A DNA stretch of 64,000 bases from Macrostomum hystrix (taxonomy: Eukaryota; Animalia; Platyhelminthes), in assembly GCA_950097015.1 (NCBI GenBank), contig CATNEN010000034.1, forward strand, positions 124,001 to 188,000, read 5' to 3'. The position numbers and the translations under genes are program-made. The notes under the pieces are model-generated. The model ran no database searches, was not told the DNA's origin, and saw only the letters and a list, made by a program, of their open reading frames with translations. This document shows, one piece after another, positions 47,176 to 59,082 of this stretch (the stretch's first letter is position 1; every line of letters starts with the position of its first letter).

Positions 47176-48732
47176 TTGCAGCTGCAAATGGCTTCCAGCC
47201 AATCTTCAACCACGGCCGAGGACACCACGGTGCCCAAGGTCACAAACGCTGCGGCGCCCGGGCCTGCCCCTGCGACCGCCACAAATGCCGCGCTGCCCAT
47301 CTCGCACGGCGATCGGGGCGCAACGCGCTCCGCGACTTCTGGAGCGGCGAAACGCCGTAGGCGCCTGCTGGCCCAAGGCAAGCCAGCTTCGTCGACCGTG
47401 GACCGGTCCCAGGCCAAAGGGGCCGAAGGGGCTCTGCCTAGGGCGGGGGCTAGGGTGGGGGGCCCTGTGCCTCCTGCCCAGGCCCCTGCCCAGGGCGGGG
47501 CCCACGACGCCCCGAGACCAGGGTCGCGGGTCAAGGAGGTCCCAGCGCCCATCCGGCCGGCGGCTCGGCTCGAAGGAGGAGCGGAGGCGGAGGGCCTCGT
47601 GCCCACCGCCGACGCAAATCCCGAGAGTGGGGACGCCGCAGGAAAGGGCCCGGGACCACGGGCCACCTATGCCAACATCGCACGCAGACAACCTGCCATC
47701 GTGGTTACCGGCAAGGATGGCAAACGGCTGAGCGGCGAGCGGCTCAGCGACATCTGCCGCAGCATAGACGCTATGCTGTGGCAACTACAACTGAAAGGCG
47801 AGCCCTTGGCGGTCGGTGCGAGTGCTACCAGGGACTCGTGTTTTGTTGTCTGGCCCGGAGATGCGGAGTCAGGGCGGCGGCTCCTAGAGCTGTTGCCCAC
47901 GCAGAGCTGGGCGGCCGACCTCGCCTTCCTCCGGGAGAACGAGCCACCGCAGACCAAAAGACATCGCATTTTCGTCCCGGCGAAAAGCGTCGTCACTAGC
48001 GCTGAGGACCTCCGCATGGGCCTCATCGCGATGAACCGGGAGCTTCCGACAGCGGGCCTAATCGTGCACCGCACGATCCTGCGCCCCGACGGCACCGGCT
48101 TCACCGCCATTCTGGGCCTGTCCGACCAATGGACACGCCGTTACCCAGATGGCGCAAACGTCTGCATCGGTCTGTGGAAGACCAAAATCTTCGCCTACGA
48201 TGCCGACAAAACCCGGGGTCAGACCGGGCCCACCACTGTGTCGGCCAATGAAGGGTCCTCGGACCCCAAGGCTGGGACTGGGGGCAGGGCCCAGTCGTCC
48301 CGCCAAAAAAGGCCAGAGCGTGCCATCGCTGGCAGCTCTGAGCGTCGCCCCGCGCGTGTCACAAAGCGCCGGGGCCTTCTCCAGCGGGCCTCCGAGGTGG
48401 TGCGAACCGCCAAGATGGCCCAGCTGCGCGCTGAGATGCGCGGTGGCCCACCGGGGCAGGCGCCGCAACCAAGGGCTACGGGGGAGGCCTCAGAGGTGCC
48501 CAGCTCCATCGAGCGGGGCCCTTCGAGCGCCCCTCCCACGGCCCAGGGAGCGGTGTCGGCTCCAGTTGAGGGCGACCCTGGGCCTGGGCTCGGGGCCGGG
48601 GGTGGGGACTGGGCGGCTGACCCCGTCGAGTTCCCGTCTCCGGCTCGGGGCCTGGGCACGGAGGAGCCCATGGCTACCGACATCGACCCGGAGGAGGAGG
48701 ACCGCCTTCTGGCTGGGTCCCCCTCCAAGTAG
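47176..48732 (+). CDS. LINE ORF1 protein (518 aa; LOA-type, DUF4780-like central domain)
   Basis: Intact ORF just upstream of ORF2 with low-complexity termini. The domain call is from recalled pattern similarity only. Confidence 0.75.
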   Translation: MQLQMASSQSSTTAEDTTVPKVTNAAAPGPAPATATNAALPISHGDRGATRSATSGAAKRRRRLLAQGKPASSTVDRSQAKGAEGALPRAGARVGGPVPPAQAPAQGGAHDAPRPGSRVKEVPAPIRPAARLEGGAEAEGLVPTADANPESGDAAGKGPGPRATYANIARRQPAIVVTGKDGKRLSGERLSDICRSIDAMLWQLQLKGEPLAVGASATRDSCFVVWPGDAESGRRLLELLPTQSWAADLAFLRENEPPQTKRHRIFVPAKSVVTSAEDLRMGLIAMNRELPTAGLIVHRTILRPDGTGFTAILGLSDQWTRRYPDGANVCIGLWKTKIFAYDADKTRGQTGPTTVSANEGSSDPKAGTGGRAQSSRQKRPERAIAGSSERRPARVTKRRGLLQRASEVVRTAKMAQLRAEMRGGPPGQAPQPRATGEASEVPSSIERGPSSAPPTAQGAVSAPVEGDPGPGLGAGGGDWAADPVEFPSPARGLGTEEPMATDIDPEEEDRLLAGSPSK

Positions 48733-48744
48733 ACCTCTGCCTAC

Positions 48745-51700
48745 ATGATGATCCCCGGAATTTCATGTCTGCAAGTTAACACCCAGCACTGCGTGGCAGC
48801 ATCAGTCAATCTGATGCGCACGACAGAGCGCATGATGCCGGGCCTTGTACTTGTGCAGGAGCCCTGGTTATCAAAGAACAAGCCAAGCAACATTCCTGCT
48901 GGCTATGACTGCTTCTGCATGGCAGACTCTGTCCGCCCTAGATCACTGATCTATGCCGCAAAAGCCTTAAATGCGTGGATGAGACCCGATTTCTCTAACG
49001 GGGACATCTGCGTCATCCAATCTGCACACATTGTGCCTAACAAGTTGACCCTCGTGGCATCCGCCTACCTGGCAGGCGACGCCCCCGTGGTCGGCGATAC
49101 CCTCGTCGCCCTCTGTGAATTCGCCAGGGCACGAAACTTTGAGCTGCTCCTCGCGGGAGATGCTAACTCGCATCACACCCACTGGGGTAGCTCAAAAATC
49201 AATGACCGCGGCGAAGAGCTCCTGGCCTTCGTCAGCGGCACGCCTCTTAACTTCTGCAATGTGGGCAACACGCCCACTTTCGACAATGGGCGGTGGGCTG
49301 AGGTGCTTGACGTCACCCTGGCCTCACCCGGCATCCTCCCAAGGGTGCTGGGGTGGGACGTGTGGGAGACCGAAAGCTCGCTCTCGGACCACCGTTTCAT
49401 CCGCTTCAACATCGGCACCCCCGATAAGAAGCAAAAGCCTATTTGGAGGCGTAATGTCAGAAACACCTACTGGCCCGCGTTCAGCCAAAAGCTGCATGAG
49501 GGCCTTCGGGATTCTGACCCCTCCATGGCCATGGAAACCACGCAGGACCTGGATGGAGTGGCTGCCCTGCTGGGCGGCGCCATCACAGAGGCCTACGAAA
49601 TGGCTTGCCCGCTCAAAGCCTACAAAGGCAAAAAATCGGCCCCCTGGTGGAACCCCGAGCTCGGAGTCCTAAGACGCCGAGCTAAGGCTCTCCAGAGGAA
49701 GCTGAAAACCTCGCACGACCCTAATGACAAAGAGGCCTATACTCGCGCCATCCATGAGTTTAAGGGCCGGGTCAGAAGGGCAAAAGCGGACAAGTGGCGA
49801 CAATACTGCGAAGGGCTTGAGGGCTCGCGGCCCACGGCCCGCGTGGTAAAGGCGCTCACCAACGACCGCTTCTCCAAGCTTTCATCGATCAAAAAGCCGG
49901 ACGGCTCGATCACGGAGCGCCCGGAGGAAACGCTCGAGCTTATGCTAGAGCACTTCTTCCCGAGTGTACCGGCGCACTTCGGCCCAGACGACCACTCGCG
50001 TGGAGGTCAGGGCCTGGCTCAGTCACTCGTTACAAATGACCGCATCGTTCGCGCGGCTAAGTCATTCAATCCTTTTAAAGCACCTGGGCCAGATGGTATA
50101 TATCCGGCCTTTCTGCATGAAGCGGTAAAAAATGGCCGCTTCCTCCATCTCCTCTGCAGACTTCTACGGGCCTGCATCGTGTTGGGCTACGTACCAGCGC
50201 GGTGGCATGAAGCCCGGGTCGTCTTCATCCCGAAGCCCGCCAAAGGCGACTATCGCTCGGTCAAGTCTTATCGCCCGATAAGTTTGACTTCCACCTGCCT
50301 CAAGCTCATGGAAAGACTGGTGCTCTGGCGCCTTCTTACTGTAGAGCTAGGGCGGGCCCCGCTCTCACCAAACCAGCACGCCTTTCGGGCGGGCCGGTCC
50401 ACGGAGAGCGCCCTCCACTGCATTGTGGAGACTCTCGAGAAGGCAGTGCTGGGCATCGGTTTTGCCCTGGCTGTTTTCCTTGATATTGAGGGGGCCTTCG
50501 ATAACGTTATTTTCGAAGCCTTTGAGAAGGCCCTGGTTTCCAGGGCCACTCACCCCCACCTCGTCCGCTGGGTCATGTACATGATCCGGAATCGCCACGT
50601 GGTGGCCCACCTCGAAGGCAGGGTGCTCTCGGCACCTGTCCTAAAAGGAGGGCCCCAAGGCGGCGTCCTCACCCCACTGCTGTGGAATCTCGTCATGGAT
50701 GAGCTGCTAAAAAGCACTCGGCCTGACCCAGTCCTGAAGGTGGGATATGCAGACGATGTGACCGCCATCTGCGCGGGCCCCTCGGCGGAAACCACCAGGG
50801 ACCTCATTCAGGGCTTTATCAACAGGGCGGTGCGCTGGGCGGACCAATGCGGGCTCCGACTCTCTGAGTCCAAGACCGTTGCGGTTATGTTTACCAGCAG
50901 ACTGCGCTGGACCATTGAGCCTCTGACTCTCTATGGCAAGAATATTGCCATGGAAAAGCAGGTCCGGTGCCTTGGTCTCCTGCTAGACCATAGGCTTAAC
51001 TGGACCCCGCACATCACCACAAAGGCCAAGAGGGCCCTGGCCATTCTGGCGCAAGTCAGGCGAGCCGTGGGCACCACTTGGGGGCTAACCCCCAAAAACC
51101 TTTGGTGGATTTACACGGCGATCATCAGACCGTCAGTCGCTTACGCTGGCCTCATCTGGGCCAGTGCCATGAGCATCCAGAAAAACCTGGAGGCGCTATA
51201 TAGGGTACAGGGCAGAGCCTGTCGTATGACGCTGGGCGCCCCACCCTCCACTCCCTTTGAAGGCATGAACGCTTTCCTCAACGCTACACCCATTGACATT
51301 TTTGTTAAGGGGGAAGCGGCAAAGTCCACCCGTCGTCTCCTTGATGCGGGTGTATCCTTCCAGAATTCGCGAGCCTTCTCGAAGCGCTCCCTTCTGCCCC
51401 ACTCTGACCTCTGCCTGAAAACTCTAGGCGAGTGCGGAGGGCTCACCGTCCTTTCGGACGGGGCCCCGGCTACTTTACTCCGGAGCCACAGGTACAAAGT
51501 CAGCATCTTCCCTCGCAATGAGGTAAAGGACTGCTGGGATGACCCCGCAGTCCATTGTTACACTGACGGCTCCCTGATGAACGGTAAATCGGGATTCGGG
51601 GTGTGCGTCGCCTCGGGTGGCGAGGTACTCTGGACCCACTCCCAATACTGTGGCAAGAGCTCAAGCGTTTTCCAAAACGAAATGCTCGCCATCAGTTTCT

Positions 51701-52448
51701 GTGCGGCTGAGCTGCGCCAGAGGCAGCTGGCTGGTCGGAGGATCTTCTTTCACTCCGACAGTCAAGCAGCCCTCAAGGCCCTCAGTCGCTGCACCTCTCG
51801 CTCCAGAACCACCTTGGACTGCAACACCCAGTTAAACGGTTTGGCGCAGTCTAACAAGGTGGAGCTGATGTGGATCCCTGGGCACGCCGGGCTCACAGGG
51901 AATGAGATGGCGGACCAGCTTGCAAAGGCTGGAGCAGCCAGCTCCCTGATGGGCCCGGGCCCGGAATCCCCGATCCCCATCTCCGTTGTCAACTCCAGCA
52001 TCAACCACTGGATGGAGACCCAGCACCGGAGGAGGTGGTCTAGCACCCTGAACTGTCGCCAGTCCAGGGCTGCGGTGCCAACCCCCTCTAGCAACCTGCG
52101 TAAGGCCTACTCAGGCTAAACCGCAGAGACCTGAGAGCAGTCACCATGGCCCTTTCGGGACATGGCTGCTTCACCAGACACCGCTACCTCCAAGGCCACG
52201 TGCCTGAGGAAACGTGTCCCTTCTGCTGCTCCGGCCGTGAAAACGCCGAGCATTTCATCTGCCACTGCCCGGCTTTCACCCGGGCTAGGCTAAAGCACCT
52301 CGGGCCGGCACCGACTCTTGCCGAAGCCTGCTCGCCCGAGAACATCCCACAGCTCGCCCACTTCCTCCGGGATACCGGCCGAGCTGATTTCTTCCCAGCC
52401 TATGGCGAGGAAGATCGCGCGGCGGAACCGACCGACGGACCACCCTGA
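48745..52448 (+). CDS. LINE ORF2: AP endonuclease, RT, RNase H, CCHC finger; one 1-nt frameshift at about 52104-52107
   Basis: VQEPW, GDANSHH, SDHRFI; QGGVLTPLLW, YADD; YTDGS, NEMLAI, HSDSQAAL, WIPGHAG..GNEMADQLAK; CPFCCSGRENAEHFICHC. Confidence 0.93.
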
Positions 52449-52580
52449 GCGGCACCGCCTCGCTGGAGGCCGTCTGGCTGCCAGGGGTTAGCGATATGGG
52501 CGGCACCAGCCGCCTCCTCGCTGCGTCCGTCATGGAGGCTCCCTGCCGCTAAGTCAAGTAAGTCAAAGTCGCCTAGAGTG

Positions 52581-54631
52581 ATGGCATTCCCAGATTTCTC
52601 GCCCGACGCTGGCGACTTCATTCTTGACACGGATGCCAGCTCGAGGATCGGGATCGGCGCCGTGCTGTCACAGCGTCAGGCGGATGGATCTGAGAAGGTC
52701 ATCGCCTATGGGTCACGGATGATCCAGCCCAGTGAAAAGAACTACTGCACCACTCGCCTAGAGTTACTAGCAATCGTGCATTTTGTAAAAAAATACCGTT
52801 ACTACCTGCTTGGGAGAAAGTTCATAATCAGGTCTGACCACAAAGCGCTGCAGTGGCTCACGAATCTTCGTGATACAGAGGGCCAGTGTGCTCGCTGGCT
52901 GCAGATGCTGCAAAATTACGAGTTCACCATAGAACACCGAGCCGGGAAACTCCACGGCAACGCGGACTCTTTGTCTCGCAAATACAGGAAGCATTCCGGG
53001 CACGAAACCTGTCCGAGCTGTACGCTGGCGGACTCTCGTGGCGTTAATACCGTCCTTTGCAGTGGACTGGGCAGGGAGGAAATTCAAACAGCCCAGGAAA
53101 CTGAGTCCAAACTGGAGGTAATCCGCAGTTTTGTGCACAATGGTAACTCTGAGCTGATTGCGCCGCCTGTGATGTCATGGGAGAAAGATGTCTATGGTCT
53201 CAACGCCAGCTGATCAGGCTGGAGGCGCAGGTCTTGGTCGTCAAGGGACCTGACTCGGAGAAGCCAAAAATTGTCTTGCCGCCGAGTCTGTTCCAGAGGG
53301 TCTTCAGTGAATTACATGACGGGGTTGCTGGAGGTCATCTTGGAGTGAAGAAGACTCAGGCGAAAGTTAAGAGTAGATTCTGGTGGCCAGGGCTCTCGAG
53401 AAAGATCGAGGAGTATTGCCGGAGCTGCGTGCATTGCGCCAGAGCCAAGCCGGGGAAAGCTGGCAGAGCGCCGCTGCAGCCGATAGTATCGGAAGCTCCA
53501 TTCCAGCGCATCATGAGCGACATTGTGGGCCCGTTGCCTCGATCGAAGAATGGCTCCAGGTTTGTGCTGACCATTCAGGACTCATTCACGAAGTGGCCGG
53601 TCGCTGTGGCGCTCTCGAATCAGCGTGCGAGCACCGTGGCGAAGGCGATTTTTGACAACTGGATCGCCCAGTTCGGCTGCCCAGAATTCCTGATAACCGA
53701 CAAAGGCACCAACTTCGAATCACTTCTCGTGAAGCAGCTGTGTCAGCTGATGGCAGTGAAAAAGTGCCGAACTACGTCTTATCACCCCATGGCCGATGGC
53801 CAGGCGGAAAGCTTTAACAAAACGCTAAAAAACATGATTAAGTGCAGGCAGAGCGAGGCTGAGGCGGATTGGGAGGACTTGATTGGCCCCTCGCTTCTGG
53901 CCTATCGCAGCAGCGTCCATCGTGGCACGGGGTATACCCCATACTACATGCTGTATGCGAAAGAGATGCGCCTTCCGGTCGACATCGGGAACTTGCCTGA
54001 AACGCTGCCAGCTAATGCGCCTGAGTACCTGCTATCTCTGGGTGACAGGCTGGCAGACGCGCACTCGCACGTAAGGCAAAATCTGCAACAATATCAGCGC
54101 AAGCAGAAAGTCAACTATGACTCCAGGGTTCGAGGTCCGACCATAGATGTTGGGGATACTGTGCTTGAATACTCGCCGGCCCTGCAGCCCAGCGAAGTTG
54201 CCAAGTTCCACAAATATTGGAAAGGCCCGGCTGAGGTCACAGAGAAAATCTCAGATGTCAATTTCAAAATTCGCCACCAGAACAGTAAAAAAACCAGAAT
54301 AGTCCATTACAACAATCTTAGAAAAATTCCACAGCGGCCCCCTGAGCTGCAAGCTCCAAAACAGAGACGGCAAAGGCGGATGGCGCGCCAAGTACAGGGT
54401 GAAGTAGCTAGAGGGACACCTCAGCAGGATGAGTCCGAGTCAGATGACGCCGAGTCTGACTTCGTCTATGTGCCGCCGCCGCCGGGGCACGAAGCACCAG
54501 TGCCGCAGAACGAACCCATTCAAGTTGCAGAGCCGCCACTGCAGGAGATTCCTGCTCCGCCATCACCGCGCAGACTCCGGCCTGGAAGGGGTAATCCACC
54601 GGCGCGTTACGGCAACCCTACGCTGTACTAA
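52581..54631 (+). CDS. pol: Gypsy pol, 3' part (RNase H, integrase); 1-nt frameshift at about 53184-53186
   Basis: DTDAS..GIGAVLSQ, ELLAIV, SDHKAL; HHCC (H..GGH...C..C), D-D-E (SDIVGP, TDKGTNF, AESFNK), WKGPAEV. Confidence 0.92.
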
Positions 54632-55736
54632 CACTGCAATAAACTACACTAAAGAAAAAGGCAATAAAAGAATACAAAAAAACCATTAAAATCGTCAAAA
54701 CACAAAAAAAACTCCGAGTAAAGCATCTAAAATCAAAATAATCTTTCATATTTGGTATTTATTTACATGTAATTGCTTTTCCACTGACTCATTTTTACTG
54801 TATTACGCGTGCGCTAGTTTAGCTACAGTCCTGCGTCCAGTTCGTCTTAGCAGTTAGGGGTACCTGTCCGGGAAGCTGCACTCCCTGGGTTTCATGTTGG
54901 GTGTCGCTCGGCCCGTTTTCCATTGGGGTGGTGGAGGGGCCAAGTTTGGAGGACACCAGAAGACCCGGAAGCAGCAAGATACGGCAGGAGACACCGCTGC
55001 GCCACAGCAAAGCACCACCAACCAGTCAGCGTCAAGTCAGCGAACTGGAGCGACGGAGATGCTACAAAGGCGTCACCTGCAGTCGCTGTGAGCTGAAGAG
55101 CGCTTGATGACCGGTCAACGGCAGTGCGAGCGAGTTCGGCGGTAACCAAGGCAACATGCGAGAGCGACCATTGGCCTAGCCACGGGAGTCGGCGCGCACG
55201 AGTCAGCGAGCTGGCAGGCGAGTCAGCGGGTCTCGGGGTCGACGGGCTGCCCAGCAGCGAGCGACCCGAGTTCGGCATTCAGCTCGGCTGGGACACTGCT
55301 GTGTTTCGAGCCAGGACTGCGTGAGGCGAGCGACTTTGGCAGGACCGAGGTCGGAGCGAGCCGGTTGGATACCGCGACGTGACGAAGCTGCAGGAACTGT
55401 GCTAGCCGAGTATCGTGAATACATTACTAGCACTATTATCATTTGCTAAAAAAACTGACGTTTCAACCCTAAAATATTTTGCGCTCATGTGTCATCTACA
55501 TCTATCATGCGATTCTTGTTATTTCTCCTTTCCGTTAATCCTACATGATTGCGTCATCAACATGTTTTTTTGTCATCCGTTTGTGCGTCTTGTTTTTGTT
55601 CACTGCCCACTACATTTTTACCCAATTGCTAATCCGCTTATCATTTTTTCTTCATTTGTAATGCCGTTTTTCTTTTCTTCTAATACTCGTAGTCTTTGTT
55701 TTCGTACTTCCCACCGCTTTTTTAAGGAGGGGAGGA

Positions 55737-56183
55737 TGTTGTGACGCAGCCCTCACCTCTGCCCTATCATTTTCATCTCTTTCTCATTCCCTGCCCCGCC
55801 AGTCGGCTAGCGTGCCCCCACCCCAGTTCATATGTATCGTTCACCCAGCCTACCCCTAATTGTTGAATGTACATCTCACCCGCCTTGCGCGCTCTCGTAC
55901 CCCACCCCCTGTTTGCTTTGTCGCTAAAGCCCAGAGTTCTGTGGTGCCAACATAGCTATATAGTTGTGCCCAGTTAATTAGACCCTGCTAACCTCGTCTG
56001 CCCACCTGTTACGAGACTGTCTATATTAGTGCAAAATAAAACCGACCGGCTACTAACTGTTGCATCAGCCGAGATACTGTGAGTTCTTTTCTGCCATTCC
56101 TTGGGAGACGGACGGGTGGCACCCGACTGGGACCTGGGGCTGTCGCAGCTTCCCCAAAGGCTGTAGGACCGTGAGTCACAACA
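55737..56183 (+). repeat. 3' LTR, 447 bp
   Basis: TGTTGTGAC...GTCACAACA 9-bp terminal inverted repeat, preceded by PPT AAGGAGGGGAGGA; AATAAA at 56035. Confidence 0.85.
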
Positions 56184-56188
56184 CTACC

Positions 56189-57767
56189 ATGCTTACGTTA
56201 CGTTACGAGGGCTGTGACTCGTCTGGCAATGTACGGATTACGGGACTTCTCACTTTTTTGAGTCCATTGTTGGAATTTTTTCATTGATAACCGTCTCTAT
56301 CTTGCGATGGGTTGCATGTCTATATAAAGGGTCCATTCCAGAAGAAGAACGAGGCCACCGGAGCTGCCAGCTTAACAAACGTCCACCCGGCTCCCGTTGA
56401 GCTGCCACGGTTCTGCAGCTCCTGTTGTGGTCTGATGCTACATCTGCAAAGGGAGAAAAGTCTAACGGAAACGCTGCGTAAGTCTGTTAATGTTACATGA
56501 TGTATGCGCGGTACATACAGAAGTCCAACAATTGTCACCAAACAAAATGTTAGGACCCTGCGTTCCTTTCAGTTTCTGATTTACACTAGTGAAAAACCCT
56601 ATATGAAATCCACATGTTTTGATCATTCCGCATGCAGGTGGGGAGCTTCGCGACCTCGGCGCGACGGAGGCCCAGCTGCGGGAGCAGAACCGCTCACTCA
56701 TGCAGAAGGTCACTGCACAGGGCCGGATGGAGCAGAGGTTGCTGCAGCAGCTTCACAATACCGAAGCTAAATACAATGGCATAGTGCGCAACGTCAATAC
56801 GGCGAACGCACTGCTCTCCAGGGCGTCCCAGTGGCTGACGCCGGAACATTCGGCATCAACGTCGGCCAGTGCGGATGTGCGCCCTGATGACGCAGATCTG
56901 TCGGACAACGCAGAAGCGGTGGCTGTCGCTGCTGAAGATGAAAATACCGGGGAGCCGGCGCGTACCTTTTGCGCTGACCGTAGTCTATCAGTCGCGGAGA
57001 CGCGCGCTCTGATTCGTGCATGTGACACGCAGGATCCGTCAACCAGTTCCACTGCTGGGGGACTCGTCCCTCTGTCGGAGAGTCAGAACTTCTACACCGT
57101 TCCATTGCGATCCTGGTCGGATCTTGACGGGCGTCACAGAGAATACCTACAGGCGATGCAACCTCCCGTCGATTTGGACGCTGCAGACCAGCACGATCAG
57201 ATCGAGGCGAAGCGGCGCTTTGCTCGCCTTGCGCTACTGCGTGCCCTTTTCCGGGCCGTCTTCACAGCTGATGAGCTCGCCAATTCATCACTGTCAGGTC
57301 GGAAGATTCCAGGCTACGTCTCTGGCCCCGCAAACGCAGCCAAACTCGCTGTTGCTAGGCAGTGGCTCAAGACTGCTAATGTGCCTATTATTCACGCAGA
57401 GTTGCACCGAGCGTTCACGCGCTGTGGCGAAACGGCTCGGGACAAGCTGGGCTTGCCGAAGCGCATCCGACCCAAGCGCACCGGGACAACACCGGAACCT
57501 GCTGCCCGCAGGCCGAAAGCCGGCCACAATTCGAAGCGGCGTGGAAGCATGCCGCCTAAACAGCAAAGTGCTGCGCATCATGAGCTGCGCATCGTCGACG
57601 AGAATGAGCCGACTGTTGTCAGTTCCAAGTCCGTCTGTACCCTGCCGTTGCCGGCTTCGACTGCGTCGAATGAGTCGAAGTCGAATGAGGATGTCAACAT
57701 GTCGGACCTTGAGCGTGACGATCTGAAGCAGTCTGACATGCTGCTGAAGGTCCTGTCTGCTGATTAA
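56189..57767 (+). CDS. Coiled-coil + BEN-domain-like protein, spliced (likely accessory ORF of the CMC transposon)
   Basis: Exons 56342-56477 (donor GTAAGT) and 56638-57767 join in phase 1; possible first exon 56189-56230. LLRALFRAVFTADELANSSLSGR..ANAAKLAVARQW resembles the BEN core. Confidence 0.65.
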
Positions 57768-58596
57768 TAACTTGCACTGGGTCAGCGAGGGCGTTAAACT
57801 ACGTGGTGTGAGACAGCGCGTGCTGCGATGTGGTGTCTAAATGGGCAATGCTGTTGAAGTCTCAAAACCGTGCAATTCTTGTCTGCTTTAATTCGTTTGA
57901 ATTAAATTGGTACGTAGTGACTTCGTCTGCATAGCGCTTCAAGCTTTATGTCTCTTCTTCTTCACTTGTAGTTTTCCTATAATTTGTCTAGCGGTTTATT
58001 GCAGTCTAAAAGTCTTGAAGGCTATAACTCCTAACGACTATCGATACTCAGTATACTGGCTGGTCGTAGTGATCTCTCTAGATCGTTATCGCTGATTCTA
58101 CTTAAGAACGCAAACACTGATTTTCTAGTAAGTTTATCTAAACGGAGCTCAAAGTGAGTCTCTAACTAACTCGCGCGGTGGATCTTTTTCCGCGCTCCGC
58201 ACCGATATATATAGTATCTTTAAAACCCCTCGATCCGAGGGGAGGCAATACCGTAGCAACATTTGGCGAGAGAATTTATGCGGGTTGAGGTCGCAGCCTC
58301 TAGTCTATTACAGTCATTATCATTATACTAGTTGGTTGGCCGGCACACCAACCCCTCTCCTATGGAGGGTGGCTAAAAGTCTTAAAATGCCTTAGCTGAG
58401 TTAGGATGCGTTCCCCCTTCTACTGAGATCTCTTTCCTACTGTTCGTTATCCCCCTTCCTTTCATCGATCCCGTCTTCTTGTGCGATCCCGGGCTCCTCC
58501 AGATCTCGTTCCCGATCGGGTCCGGGCGGCTCCAGTTTCGGCTGGGTTGGGTCGATTCAGGCAGCTGTGGGTCGGGACAGGCCGGGTTGATACCAG

Positions 58597-58730
58597 CAGC
58601 TCCACGTCAGCGCAGCTGCAGGTCCGGTCTCGGGTTGTTCCACGTCAGCACAGCCGCGGGTCCGGTCTCAGGCAGCTCCACGTCAGCACAGCTGCGGATC
58701 CGGTCTCAGGCAGCTCCACTTCGGCACCGC
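58597..58730. repeat. 38-bp tandem repeat, 3-4 copies
   Basis: CAGCTCCACGTCAGCACAGC.GCGG.TCCGGTCTCAGG. Confidence 0.8.
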
Positions 58731-59082
58731 TGCTGCCCTGCCGCGCCGGGTTTGTGCTGAAATGATTAATTGATCTCAGGGCGGGTTTTGTCTAATCATT
58801 CTCCTTTCAGTTGCTCGCTCTTTCTGCTGTTGCTATTTTTAGTTTTAGTTTCCAACCAACGCCCACTTAAATTCCATTCAGATTTCTAAGTCGTATATCA
58901 TCCCCCTTTTGAAGAAATCCTTGACTGGTCAAGGGAGATGCAGCTTCTTGCCTTACTTCGTTGCTGATCGACCTACTTCTAGCAGACTTGTAAGCATATA
59001 AGACAGTGAAATCTGAAACTTGACGAATAAAGAAATCAATAGGTGTATTGAGCTTTCACCTCAAAGGAATGTGGAGTTCGAA

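Larger units (their letters stand above)
46528..52568 (+). mobile_element. Full-length LOA/R1-group non-LTR retrotransposon, 6041 bp
   Basis: Flanked by TSD TCGCCTAGAGTG (46516-27 and 52569-80). It has 5' tandem repeats, ORF1, ORF2 (APE-RT-RNaseH-CCHC) and an (AAGT/AAGTC)n tail. Confidence 0.93.
44450..56183 (+). mobile_element. Ty3/Gypsy LTR retrotransposon, 5'-truncated, interrupted by a LINE
   Basis: gag end with two CCHC knuckles; pol PR-RT-RH-IN; PPT at 55724-55736; 3' LTR at 55737-56183. No 5' LTR or PBS found. Confidence 0.9.

Noticed and set aside
47151-52094. Numerous antisense and alternative-frame ORFs over the LINE, Gypsy and tubulin ORFs
   Set aside because: These are expected shadows of GC-rich coding sequence, with no independent motifs.
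52495-52560. HDV-like ribozyme in the LINE 3' UTR (CCUCCUCGCUG and GCUAA)
   Set aside because: The loop and J4/2-like words are present, but P2 has no complementary partner, P3 is mismatched and P1 is only about 5 bp.
57770-58480. Right terminal inverted repeat of the CMC transposon
   Set aside because: I could not find a convincing inverted match to 40600-40900 by eye, so the element ends are left undefined.
58597-58730. Protein repeat ADVELPETGPAA on the minus strand
   Set aside because: The period is 38 nt, so the frame shifts at every unit and hits stops.
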